Shown: positions 1 through 7,898 of the stretch, piece after piece | Layout: each line of letters starts with the position of its first letter | How positions within the stretch are numbered: the first letter of the stretch is position 1 | DNA from: an uncultured virus (IMG/VR IMGVR_UViG_3300022074_000022) | Lineage: Duplodnaviria; Heunggongvirae; Uroviricota; Caudoviricetes | Virus record (IMG/VR): IMGVR_UViG_3300022074_000022 | Strand: one strand, 5' to 3' | DNA: 20,000 nucleotides | Notes under the pieces: generated by a model | Seen by the model: the letters and a program-made list of their open reading frames with translations, nothing else | Databases searched by the model: none | Told to the model about the DNA's origin: nothing | Position numbers and translations under genes: made by a program

Positions 1-1
1 T

Positions 2-109
2 AAATTGACACGGCTGTTCGAGGAGATACGGAAGTGTCAAGTCTTGTGTGCTAACTGTCACGCTGTTAAGTCTTGCACGGACGAGAGGAGTAAACATGAC
101 TACGAGTGA
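2..109 (+). CDS. 3' end of a putative HNH endonuclease (partial, starts upstream of the window)
   Basis: Not in the ORF track. The frame starting at base 2 reads KLTRLFEEIRKCQVLCANCHAVKSCTDERSKHDYE* (TGA 107-109). EIxKCxVLCANCH is the typical C-terminal motif of phage HNH proteins. Confidence 0.7.
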   Translation, partial: KLTRLFEEIRKCQVLCANCHAVKSCTDERSKHDYE

Positions 110-692
110 CATGAATGTCATCACGTTCGACGTGGAGACGACACACATCGAAAAATCGAGTGGCGGAACTACAGCACTGCCGTACTTTGGCAATCATCTA
201 GTGTCTATAGGTTATAAGCCTTTGCGAGCTAGTGTAGTGTATGACTGCTACTATCACTCTACAGAAGAGCAAACAGAGGGTGCTTATCATCGCTTTCAGG
301 CCATCCTCGACGAGTGCGACGTCTTGATAGGCCACAACATTAAGTTCGACTTGCAGTGGATACGGGCCTGTGGTTTTGAGTACGAGGGAGATATCTATGA
401 TACGATGGTTGCAGAGTATATTCTATCGCGAGGACAGGGCTGGCCTCTTGACCTATCTTCTGTTGCAAGGAAGTATGGTGGAGTGCAGAAGGAGAAAGAC
501 TTGGTTCAGCCGTATCTTGATGCCGGTCACACGTTTTATGAGATACCGTGGGAGATTGTGAAAGAGTATGGTGAGATTGACGTCATAGCCACAGAGCAAG
601 TTGCTGTGAGTCAACTCGAAGAATTCGAAACTACATTTGAGGAGATATACCGTGTCAAAGAGCCTAGTGCCCACGTTGAAGCTGTCGCTTGA
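96..692 (+). CDS. Family A DNA polymerase 3'-5' proofreading exonuclease, encoded as a stand-alone ORF
   Basis: DnaQ-type motifs ExoI (FDVETT), ExoII (GHNIKFD) and ExoIII (YGEID), plus DTMVAEY. Start placed at ATG 96 because GAGGAG (85-90) lies 5 nt upstream; ATG 111 is an alternative. Confidence 0.88.
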   Translation: MTTSDMNVITFDVETTHIEKSSGGTTALPYFGNHLVSIGYKPLRASVVYDCYYHSTEEQTEGAYHRFQAILDECDVLIGHNIKFDLQWIRACGFEYEGDIYDTMVAEYILSRGQGWPLDLSSVARKYGGVQKEKDLVQPYLDAGHTFYEIPWEIVKEYGEIDVIATEQVAVSQLEEFETTFEEIYRVKEPSAHVEAVA

Positions 693-2187
693 GATGACGA
701 ATGTTTTGTCTCGCGTAGAGCGGAACGGACTGCGTATAAATCTTGATACCCTAGAGCAGATCAGGGAAGAGTACACCCGCGAGATGGAGGAGCTAGAAGA
801 GCGCCTCAATGACATGGCACGAGAAGCTATGGGGGACACGCCTGTGAGCTTGACTAGCCCTGATGACCGCTCGATGCTTCTCTACTCTCGTAAGGTAAAA
901 GATAAGAAGGAGTGGCGTCGCGTGTTTAACTTGGGCATGGAGCAGCGAGGCGCTACGATGAAACCGAAACAGCGCACACGCATGTCACGGGGCGAGTTCA
1001 ATCAGACTGTGCGTCGGATGACGGACGTCATGTACAAGACACGGGGCGAGCAGTGTCCTAAGTGTGGTGGCTTTGGGCGTGTGTCACCCACGAAGAAAGA
1101 CGGCACCCCCGGAAAGGCAATTCGTATCTGTAAGACGTGCGGCGGCACAGGTATACTTTATGTGCCTAGCAATACAGTTGCAGGGTTCAAGCTGGTGCCT
1201 ACAGACTCTTATGACGTGGCTACCGCCGGTTTCAAGACAGACAAGAACACACTAGAGATGCGTTCGTCTGACTTGTCAGGTGATGCTTTGGAATTCGTAA
1301 CGGCCTACACGCGCTACAATGCTCTTCGCACATATCTCAGCACGTTCGTAGAGGGAATTAAGAATAATGTGGACAAGAAAGAAATCATCCATCCGGAATT
1401 CATGCAGTGTGTTACGGCGACGGGTCGCCTTTCGAGTCGAAATCCTAATTTTCAAAATATGCCGCGTGGAAATACCTTCGAGATACGGAAGGTTGTCGAG
1501 AGCCGCTTCGAGGATGGCCTCATCGTTGAGGGAGATTACTCACAACTTGAGTTCCGTGTGGCGGGATTTCTAGCGAAGGATGCACAGGCTTACCTCGACG
1601 TCGAAGAAGGCACGGACGTTCACAGTTACACCGCTAGCGTTATAGGCTGCACACGGCAACAAGCCAAAGCTCACACGTTCAAGCCTCTGTACGGTGGTGT
1701 CAGCGGCACAGAGTCCCAGAGACGTTACTACTCCGCCTTCAAGGAAAAGTATGAGGGTGTCACCGAGTGGCACGATAGGCTGCAACGTGAGGCAGTTGAG
1801 AAGAGGTACATCACTCTGCCGTCCGGGCGACAGTACGCTTTTCCTAACGCTCGGTGGACTCACTATGGGACGGCGGTAGGACGCACTAACATCTGCAACT
1901 ATCCGGTGCAGGGCTTTGCCACGGCTGACTTGCTACCGGCAGCGCTCGTCCGTCTAGATAAATTATTTCGTGCTGCGGACTTACGATCTATCATCTGTAA
2001 CACCGTACACGATTCGATTGTTATAGACGTGCATCCACAAGAAAAAGACGTATGTATCAAGCTCATGCGTGAGGCTATGCTGTCACTTCCACGAGAAACT
2101 ATGGAGCGTTACGGCTTTCGATACGACATGCCGGTTGGTATCGAACTAAAGATAGGTAAAAACTGGCTTGACTTACACGACGTTTAG
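652..2187 (+). CDS. polA: Family A DNA polymerase (thumb/palm/fingers) with a DnaJ-like zinc-finger insertion
   Basis: TATGRLSS..PNFQN, motif A DYSQLEFR, motif B RQQAKAHTFKPLYG, NYPVQG, motif C TVHDS; two CxxCxGxG repeats at 1054-1152. Start placed at GTG 652, with GAGGAG at 639-644 and a 7-nt spacer; the track start is TTG 637. Confidence 0.93.
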   Translation: MSKSLVPTLKLSLEMTNVLSRVERNGLRINLDTLEQIREEYTREMEELEERLNDMAREAMGDTPVSLTSPDDRSMLLYSRKVKDKKEWRRVFNLGMEQRGATMKPKQRTRMSRGEFNQTVRRMTDVMYKTRGEQCPKCGGFGRVSPTKKDGTPGKAIRICKTCGGTGILYVPSNTVAGFKLVPTDSYDVATAGFKTDKNTLEMRSSDLSGDALEFVTAYTRYNALRTYLSTFVEGIKNNVDKKEIIHPEFMQCVTATGRLSSRNPNFQNMPRGNTFEIRKVVESRFEDGLIVEGDYSQLEFRVAGFLAKDAQAYLDVEEGTDVHSYTASVIGCTRQQAKAHTFKPLYGGVSGTESQRRYYSAFKEKYEGVTEWHDRLQREAVEKRYITLPSGRQYAFPNARWTHYGTAVGRTNICNYPVQGFATADLLPAALVRLDKLFRAADLRSIICNTVHDSIVIDVHPQEKDVCIKLMREAMLSLPRETMERYGFRYDMPVGIELKIGKNWLDLHDV

Positions 2188-2196
2188 ATGTAAGAT
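2168..2196 (+). promoter_or_regulatory. Putative sigma70-type promoter for the SSB/nuclease genes
   Basis: TTGACT (2168-2173), 17-nt spacer, TAAGAT (2191-2196), followed by AAGGAG and ATG 2231. It sits at one of the few intergenic gaps in the left arm. Confidence 0.65.
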
Positions 2197-2230
2197 CATT
2201 CTACAACCCCTGAACAAAGGAGTATCAGGA

Positions 2231-3103
2231 ATGTTAGGGACAAATATGGTAAATGTTTCGAACGAACTCGATCAGATCGCCGCAGCGTTTAATAGCGATG
2301 ATACTGAAAAACTTATGGAACTTACCGGACAAGGCTCCGGTGGTTCTGAGAAGAGCGGTCCTCCACGCTTGAGCATCAACTATGATGTGGCTACGGAAGA
2401 CGGCACACCTCTCACTCGCGGTGATTGGAAGATGTATGTCGATGGCCGCTTTATCTTTGCGTCGGAGGTAGTTCTCCGTCCGCTTCTCCGCATGTTCGAA
2501 TATAGCGTGTGGGACAACGAGGCTAATGACGGACGTGGCGGGTTCTCCTGCAAGTCAGTCCAGAAGCCTACGTTTTCGGGTGAGTTTCCTGACACGACGG
2601 GTGGCAACAAGTGTGGTCGCCTGTCGCGTGAGGAAGAGGAGAGTCTCGACAAGAACGATCCTCGTCTTTTGGAGTCTCGCTCTGTCGTATGTAATCAAGT
2701 CATCTACGGACGCATCAGCGGTGACTTCAAAGATGCAGAGGGCAACAATGTTCGTCTGAGTGATGAACCAGTGATTTCGTACTTCAAGAAGTCTGGCTTC
2801 TTGCCCATCTCGAACTTCATCAATGGTCTGGCGAAGCAGCGTAAGCTCATGGCACACTCTGAGATTATGTTGCGTACCGAGAAGCAGAAGAAGGGTTCAG
2901 TGACTTACTGGACTCCACTCCCGACGCTTCACGGGACTACGACTATTAGTGAAGCGGATAAGGAGCTTTTCGGTATGTTCCGTGACATGATCGAAAAGCA
3001 TAACAACGGTGTCATGGCATCCCACAGGGAAGCTACGAAACTGATAGTCGAAAGTAGCGACGCTGATTTGGCATCGGACTTCGATGATGCTAACGCTTCT
3101 TAG
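2231..3103 (+). CDS. Putative single-stranded DNA-binding protein
   Basis: 290 aa from ATG 2231 (AAAGGAG upstream). It lies directly after the polymerase, has an aromatic, beta-strand-like core and an acidic C-terminal tail (DADLASDFDDANAS). Function is inferred from position and composition. Confidence 0.55.
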   Translation: MLGTNMVNVSNELDQIAAAFNSDDTEKLMELTGQGSGGSEKSGPPRLSINYDVATEDGTPLTRGDWKMYVDGRFIFASEVVLRPLLRMFEYSVWDNEANDGRGGFSCKSVQKPTFSGEFPDTTGGNKCGRLSREEEESLDKNDPRLLESRSVVCNQVIYGRISGDFKDAEGNNVRLSDEPVISYFKKSGFLPISNFINGLAKQRKLMAHSEIMLRTEKQKKGSVTYWTPLPTLHGTTTISEADKELFGMFRDMIEKHNNGVMASHREATKLIVESSDADLASDFDDANAS

Positions 3104-3977
3104 AATCCAAGACTTCATGTCGCAAGCTGTGCAGGGGGACACTAACGTCTCCCTGTCCAGCCTTGATGCGTTCGTTGAAGAGTGTAAGGAAGCAGCAAAA
3201 CGTCAACTCTCTCGTGAAAAAGGCGACTGGCGCATACGGATGTCAGGCATAGGCAGACCTGTATGTCAGCAAATTCTTGACAAGCGAGGCATCAAAGAAG
3301 AGATGGAATATAATTCTATGTTCCGTTTTCTTTTTGGAGACTTCACTGAATCTATCCTCATGCTTGTTATGCGAGAGGCCGGTGTTGATATTGTAGACTA
3401 TCAAAAATCTGTAGAGCTTGACATAGCTGGTCACAAGGTCAAAGGAACCTTAGACGTTATCATACGTGATGAGGTGGGTATAGAGAAGGTGTGGGATATC
3501 AAGTCCGCTAGCGACTGGGCTTTCAAAAACAAGTTCACAAACTACGGCGGGTATGAGAAGATGAAAGAGGATGATCCCTTCGGTTATCTGATGCAGGGAT
3601 TTTTATACTCTGAGGCGTCTGGCCTTCCCTTCGGTGGGTGGATTGTAGTGAATAAGTCTAGCGGAGAAGTGGCTGTCGTCGAGGCAGCGGACTGGTCCGG
3701 TGAAGATAAAAAACACTACTTACAGCTTGCTGAAAACAGAATTCAAATTCTCGTTCAAGACAATCCAGAATTCGTAAGAATAAAAGATGTATTTGAGACG
3801 CACAAAAAAGACGGCACGGTAGTACGCACAGGTAATAAGGTTCTAACCAGACAGTGTCAGCTTTGTGGTTTTAGGAAACACTGCTGGCCTGACGCACAGC
3901 TTCATGCTCGTGTTACATCCCGCGCCAAAAGTCCCCCTCTTGAGTGGTACTCTAAGTTGAAGATAAAGGAAATGTAA
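3084..3977 (+). CDS. PD-(D/E)XK exonuclease, Cas4/RecB-like
   Basis: RMSGIGRPVCQ, GTLD...WDIKSAS catalytic motif, GYLMQGFLY, and C-terminal CQLCGFRKHC. One N-terminal plus three C-terminal Cys is the Cas4/AddB Fe-S arrangement. Confidence 0.75.
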   Translation: MMLTLLRIQDFMSQAVQGDTNVSLSSLDAFVEECKEAAKRQLSREKGDWRIRMSGIGRPVCQQILDKRGIKEEMEYNSMFRFLFGDFTESILMLVMREAGVDIVDYQKSVELDIAGHKVKGTLDVIIRDEVGIEKVWDIKSASDWAFKNKFTNYGGYEKMKEDDPFGYLMQGFLYSEASGLPFGGWIVVNKSSGEVAVVEAADWSGEDKKHYLQLAENRIQILVQDNPEFVRIKDVFETHKKDGTVVRTGNKVLTRQCQLCGFRKHCWPDAQLHARVTSRAKSPPLEWYSKLKIKEM

Positions 3978-4357
3978 TGTCTTTCCTGTTTATCAACAAC
4001 TACGATACAGAGCTTCTTGAGATGAACCCGGAAGCTCATCATCTTTATATAGAGTCTCATGTTCAGTTCGGTGGCGAAAGAAAAGTGCGTCAGTTACGAA
4101 ACAGTGACAGAGGCTTGCCCCTCACTCTGCGTGATAACTACAGCGACTTAGGTGCGCTATCCTCAAAGACAGAACAGAGAGATATTGTAGCTGTAGAATC
4201 TGAGCTACAAGAAATCGGAGCCGCTTCGAGACGAGGTGTTATTGTATGCGTTCCCCTGACCCCGTTAATCGGAGAGCTTTCAGCTATAGAAAAACTATCC
4301 CCAAAGCTAGGAATGTACGTTCTGCAAAGAATGGCGTCGATAGGAATGAGGCTATGA
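3977..4357 (+). CDS. Hypothetical protein (126 aa)
   Basis: Translationally coupled on both sides (TAATG and ATGA overlaps), with TAAGGA upstream. No motif recognised. Confidence 0.7.
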   Translation: MSFLFINNYDTELLEMNPEAHHLYIESHVQFGGERKVRQLRNSDRGLPLTLRDNYSDLGALSSKTEQRDIVAVESELQEIGAASRRGVIVCVPLTPLIGELSAIEKLSPKLGMYVLQRMASIGMRL

Positions 4358-4743
4358 AAAAAAGTTCTGCACAAAAAGCAGGATACAGATCAGCCTTCGA
4401 GTTGAACTTAGCTAAGTCTCTTGCTAACAACAATGTTTCTTTTGAATACGAATCTGAGAAACTATCTTATGTTCCCAAGCCTCGTGTGTACACTCCTGAC
4501 TTTTACTTGCCGGATCACAGCGTATATATCGAAGCGAAAGGGTACTTCGACAAGAGCGACAGAGTGAAGATGCAGCTTATCAAAGAACAGTATCCTGACC
4601 TTGATATACGAATCGTATTTTTGAATGCTCGAAACAAGATTTACAAGGGGAGCAAAACCTCATATGGTGACTGGGCAACCCGGCACAACTTTGAGTGGGC
4701 AGAGAAAAACATACCCGCAGATTGGTACAAAGAAGATGGATGA
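4354..4743 (+). CDS. T7 endonuclease I-like Holliday junction resolvase
   Basis: YRSAFE, YTPDF, IEAKGYF...DRVKM and DIRIVF...Y..WA motifs of T7 gp3. Start ATG 4354 overlaps the previous stop (ATGA). Confidence 0.88.
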   Translation: MKKSSAQKAGYRSAFELNLAKSLANNNVSFEYESEKLSYVPKPRVYTPDFYLPDHSVYIEAKGYFDKSDRVKMQLIKEQYPDLDIRIVFLNARNKIYKGSKTSYGDWATRHNFEWAEKNIPADWYKEDG

Positions 4744-5059
4744 ACTTGAAATACAGGCGACGATGGAAAAGATGTCGCTTCTACCTGACAGGTACTACAT
4801 CATACTAACACCATCAGGTGAGGGAGAGTTCCGTCTCACCGCGTATGATACGACTGACAATGAATACGAGACGGACGAAGATTTTAACGCTGCTTTCATA
4901 GTGCAAGAAGGTGTTCTCGCTATGATAAGAGATAAGACCGACGAGATATTCACTGAAGGTGTACACGCTATTCAGGGACAGCTTCTAGACGAAGATAAAA
5001 CCCTGATAGAGAGCATCTCAGAGAATGTAGTGAAAGTAGACTTTGGGAAGAAGCAATGA
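4736..5059 (+). CDS. Hypothetical acidic protein (107 aa)
   Basis: Start ATG 4736 overlaps the end of the endonuclease gene and its stop overlaps the MazG start. Ends in NVVKVDFGKKQ. Confidence 0.7.
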   Translation: MDELEIQATMEKMSLLPDRYYIILTPSGEGEFRLTAYDTTDNEYETDEDFNAAFIVQEGVLAMIRDKTDEIFTEGVHAIQGQLLDEDKTLIESISENVVKVDFGKKQ

Positions 5060-5391
5060 TCAAGAACAACTGGAACTTGAATAACTATCAGATGCAAGCT
5101 CGTAAGTTCGCTATCTATCCAGAGCGCACAAAGATCATCTATCCTGCACTGGGCCTCGCTGGAGAGGGCGGAGAAGTTGCCGACAAGGTAAAGAAGATTT
5201 ATCGAGACGGGCGGGATGACGCGAAATTCAAGGGAGAGATCGCGAAAGAGATAGGGGACGTTCTCTGGTATTGTGCGATGCTTGCGGAAGACTTAGGATT
5301 TTCTCTGCAACAGGTTGCGGAGATGAATATCTACAAGTTGCAGCAGCGTAAAGCTCTTGGTACTATTGTCGGCGACGGTGACAACCGTTGA
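5056..5391 (+). CDS. mazG: MazG-like nucleoside triphosphate pyrophosphohydrolase
   Basis: LGLAGEGGEVADKVKK...KEIGDVLWY..N..KL..R, the all-alpha NTP-PPase ExxE/ExxD signature. Confidence 0.88.
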   Translation: MIKNNWNLNNYQMQARKFAIYPERTKIIYPALGLAGEGGEVADKVKKIYRDGRDDAKFKGEIAKEIGDVLWYCAMLAEDLGFSLQQVAEMNIYKLQQRKALGTIVGDGDNR

Positions 5392-5693
5392 GACATGAGG
5401 AGTATATGAGGAAGATGGCAGAGCAAGAAAGCATGGCGAGTATGCAGAGTGCAGCGAATTTAGCGTGGGCTAACGGTCAGGCGGACATGGTTCACTCTCC
5501 GCCCCATTACAATCAAGCAGGAATCGAGTGTATCGATGCTATCCGCGCTGCTACTGACGGTGGGTATGAGTACTACCTACAAGGAAATATAATTAAATAC
5601 CTGTGGCGCTATCGTTATAAGAATGGCGTTGAAGACCTAGAAAAGGCAAAATGGTATTTGGAGAAACTCATTGAGGAGACAGAGAATGAATAA
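5388..5693 (+). CDS. DUF3310 (T7 gp1.7 nucleotide kinase-like) protein
   Basis: DMVHSPPHY...IECIDAI...GNIIKYLWRY..KNGVEDLEKAKWYL pattern. The start codon is uncertain (TTG 5388 or a downstream ATG). Confidence 0.8.
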   Translation: MRHEEYMRKMAEQESMASMQSAANLAWANGQADMVHSPPHYNQAGIECIDAIRAATDGGYEYYLQGNIIKYLWRYRYKNGVEDLEKAKWYLEKLIEETENE

Positions 5694-7614
5694 TATGTTA
5701 CCTACACCCTATCAGCAGTTTATACATAAGTCACGATACGCACGCTGGCTTGACGACGAGCAGCGCCGTGAGAACTGGGATGAAACTGTGTTCCGTTACA
5801 CGGACTTCATGCGTAATCATGTGAAGGACAAGCACAACTTTGAACTGCCGGAGACTGACCTGTTTGAAATCGAACAGGCTATCATTGGTCAAGAGATCAT
5901 GCCGTCGATGCGTGCGATGATGACTGCGGGTCCGGCTCTCGCTCGTGACAATATCTGTGGTTACAACTGTAGTTACATACCTGTTGACAGTCCTCGTGCT
6001 TTCGACGAGTGCATGTATATTCTGATGTGCGGCACAGGTGTGGGCTTCTCTGTTGAACGTGAGAACGTAGACAAGCTGCCTGTCGTCAGTGACGCGATGC
6101 ACGACACGGATACCGTGATCAAAGTTGGTGACTCGAAGCCGGGGTGGGCCAAATCTCTCCGAGAACTCATCGGTCTTCTCTACGTAGGTCAAGTACCGAA
6201 GTGGGACTTGTCAGAGGTACGCGCGTCCGGCGAACGCCTCAAGACTATGGGTGGCCGTGCATCTGGTCCGGGTCCGCTCGACGATCTGTTCAAGTTCACT
6301 GTCGAACTGTTCCGTAAGGCTCAGGGCCGTCGCCTCTTCCCGATTGAGTGTCACGACCTGATGTGCAAGATCGGTGAGATTGTCGTGGTGGGTGGCGTAC
6401 GTCGCTCTGCCCTCATCTCCCTGTCGAACCTCAACGACGATCAGATGGCACATGCCAAGTCAGGTGCGTGGTGGGAGAACGAGGGACAGCGTGCCCTCGC
6501 TAATAACTCCGTCTCCTACAAAGGCAAGCCTGAGATGGGAACCTTCTTGCGTGAGTGGCTTTCCCTCTACGACTCAAAGTCTGGAGAGCGTGGTATCTTC
6601 AATCGTGAAGCAGCGGACAAACAGGTAGCTCGTAACGGGCGTCGTGAGGCAGGACATATGTGGGGCACGAATCCCTGTTCAGAAATTATCTTGCGCCCGT
6701 ATCAATTCTGTAATCTGTCAGAAGTCGTTGTCCGTGAGAGCGACACACTTGAAGACTTGAAACGAAAAGTCCGTCTTGCTACGATACTGGGTACTATTCA
6801 ATCAACTCTAACTGACTTCAAGTATCTGAGGAAGGTATGGAAAAGCAACACGGAAGAAGAACGCTTGTTGGGTGTATCCTTGACTGGTGTCATGGATCAC
6901 TCCGTGCTATCAAAGACCGTAGACTCCCCTCGCTGGCTCGAAGAGATGCGCGACGTCGCCGTCACTACAAATCAGAAATATGCAAGTTTGCTGAGAATCC
7001 CCACAAGCGCTGCTATTACGTGTGTCAAGCCGTCGGGTACTGTGTCTCAGTTGGTAGACGCAGCAAGCGGTATCCACGCTAGACATAATGATTACTACAT
7101 CCGCACGGTTCGTGGTGACAACAAAGACCCGCTCACCAAGTTTCTCAAGGAACAGGGTGTGTACTCTGAGTCGTGTGTGATGAAGCCGGATTCTGTGACT
7201 GTGTTTTCATTCGCTATGAAATCACCTGAGTCTGCGGTGATACGCACACAGATGACAGCCATTGAGCAGCTAGAGTTGTGGAAGACGTATGCGATTCACT
7301 GGTGTGAACACAAGCCGTCTGTTACTATCACCGTGAAAGAACACGAGTGGATGGAAGTCGGAGCGTGGGTGTATGAAAACTTCGACGTAGCATCTGGTGT
7401 TTCATTCCTCCCGCATTCTGATCACACGTACCAGCAAGCGCCGTATCAAGATATCGAACGTGAAGATTATCTTGAGTGGCAGCAAGAGCGTGGAAAATTA
7501 GAGATAGACTGGGCTGCACTTTCTGTGTACGAAAAAGAAGATAACACTTCCGGTTCACGCGAGCTTGCGTGTACGTCGGGTGTGTGTGAAGTAGTAGACC
7601 TCAATGCTGCTTAA
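5686..7614 (+). CDS. nrdJ: Class II (adenosylcobalamin-dependent) ribonucleotide reductase, monomeric RTPR type
   Basis: MPSMR, YNCS, GTGVGFS, GGVRRSA, TNPCSEI (catalytic), CNLSE, TCVKPSGT and C-terminal redox pair CTSGVC. No beta-subunit gene is nearby. GAGGAG precedes ATG 5686. Confidence 0.9.
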   Translation: MNNMLPTPYQQFIHKSRYARWLDDEQRRENWDETVFRYTDFMRNHVKDKHNFELPETDLFEIEQAIIGQEIMPSMRAMMTAGPALARDNICGYNCSYIPVDSPRAFDECMYILMCGTGVGFSVERENVDKLPVVSDAMHDTDTVIKVGDSKPGWAKSLRELIGLLYVGQVPKWDLSEVRASGERLKTMGGRASGPGPLDDLFKFTVELFRKAQGRRLFPIECHDLMCKIGEIVVVGGVRRSALISLSNLNDDQMAHAKSGAWWENEGQRALANNSVSYKGKPEMGTFLREWLSLYDSKSGERGIFNREAADKQVARNGRREAGHMWGTNPCSEIILRPYQFCNLSEVVVRESDTLEDLKRKVRLATILGTIQSTLTDFKYLRKVWKSNTEEERLLGVSLTGVMDHSVLSKTVDSPRWLEEMRDVAVTTNQKYASLLRIPTSAAITCVKPSGTVSQLVDAASGIHARHNDYYIRTVRGDNKDPLTKFLKEQGVYSESCVMKPDSVTVFSFAMKSPESAVIRTQMTAIEQLELWKTYAIHWCEHKPSVTITVKEHEWMEVGAWVYENFDVASGVSFLPHSDHTYQQAPYQDIEREDYLEWQQERGKLEIDWAALSVYEKEDNTSGSRELACTSGVCEVVDLNAA

Positions 7615-7650
7615 TACCGTAACTGAAACTCAAGAAAAAGGAGAGTAGTG

Positions 7651-7740
7651 ATGCTTTTACTAGCTGGACCGTTCATCATCAAGTTCGCTTGGGCCGTCGC
7701 AATTATTGACGCTGGCGCATCCGCAGCAGGAATGAAATAG
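7651..7740 (+). CDS. Small hydrophobic peptide (29 aa)
   Basis: Not in the track. AAGGAG RBS then ATG 7651: MLLLAGPFIIKFAWAVAIIDAGASAAGMK*. The stop overlaps the next GTG start. Confidence 0.5.
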   Translation: MLLLAGPFIIKFAWAVAIIDAGASAAGMK

Positions 7741-7898
7741 TGAAAAAGAAGACAGAGGCCAAAGATAGCAGGCCCGTCTGGAAGCGGGGAAAAGACTGGA
7801 TACAGTTTAGTCCTCCCCGCAACCACCCCACTCATGAAGAATGGAGAAAGATCGTTGATCGAAGTAAAGATAACGCCTCACCTGATAGAGAGAGCTAA
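7740..7898 (+). CDS. Small Trp/Pro-rich hypothetical protein (52 aa)
   Basis: Not in the track. GTG 7740, coupled to the upstream TAG with AGGA upstream: MKKKTEAKDSRPVWKRGKDWIQFSPPRNHPTHEEWRKIVDRSKDNASPDRES*. Confidence 0.5.
   Translation: MKKKTEAKDSRPVWKRGKDWIQFSPPRNHPTHEEWRKIVDRSKDNASPDRES

Noticed and set aside
5..33. Perfect TTGACA -35 hexamer
   Set aside because: There is no -10 element at 16-18 nt spacing, and it lies inside the HNH-like coding frame.
610..692. Intron or pseudogene explanation for the polymerase break
   Set aside because: There is no intervening sequence (the two ORFs overlap), and both halves keep intact catalytic motifs.
986..1050. 11-bp direct repeat CACGGGGCGAG just before the zinc finger
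   Set aside because: Only two copies, both encoding RGE in frame. This is compatible with chance and does not flank the insertion.
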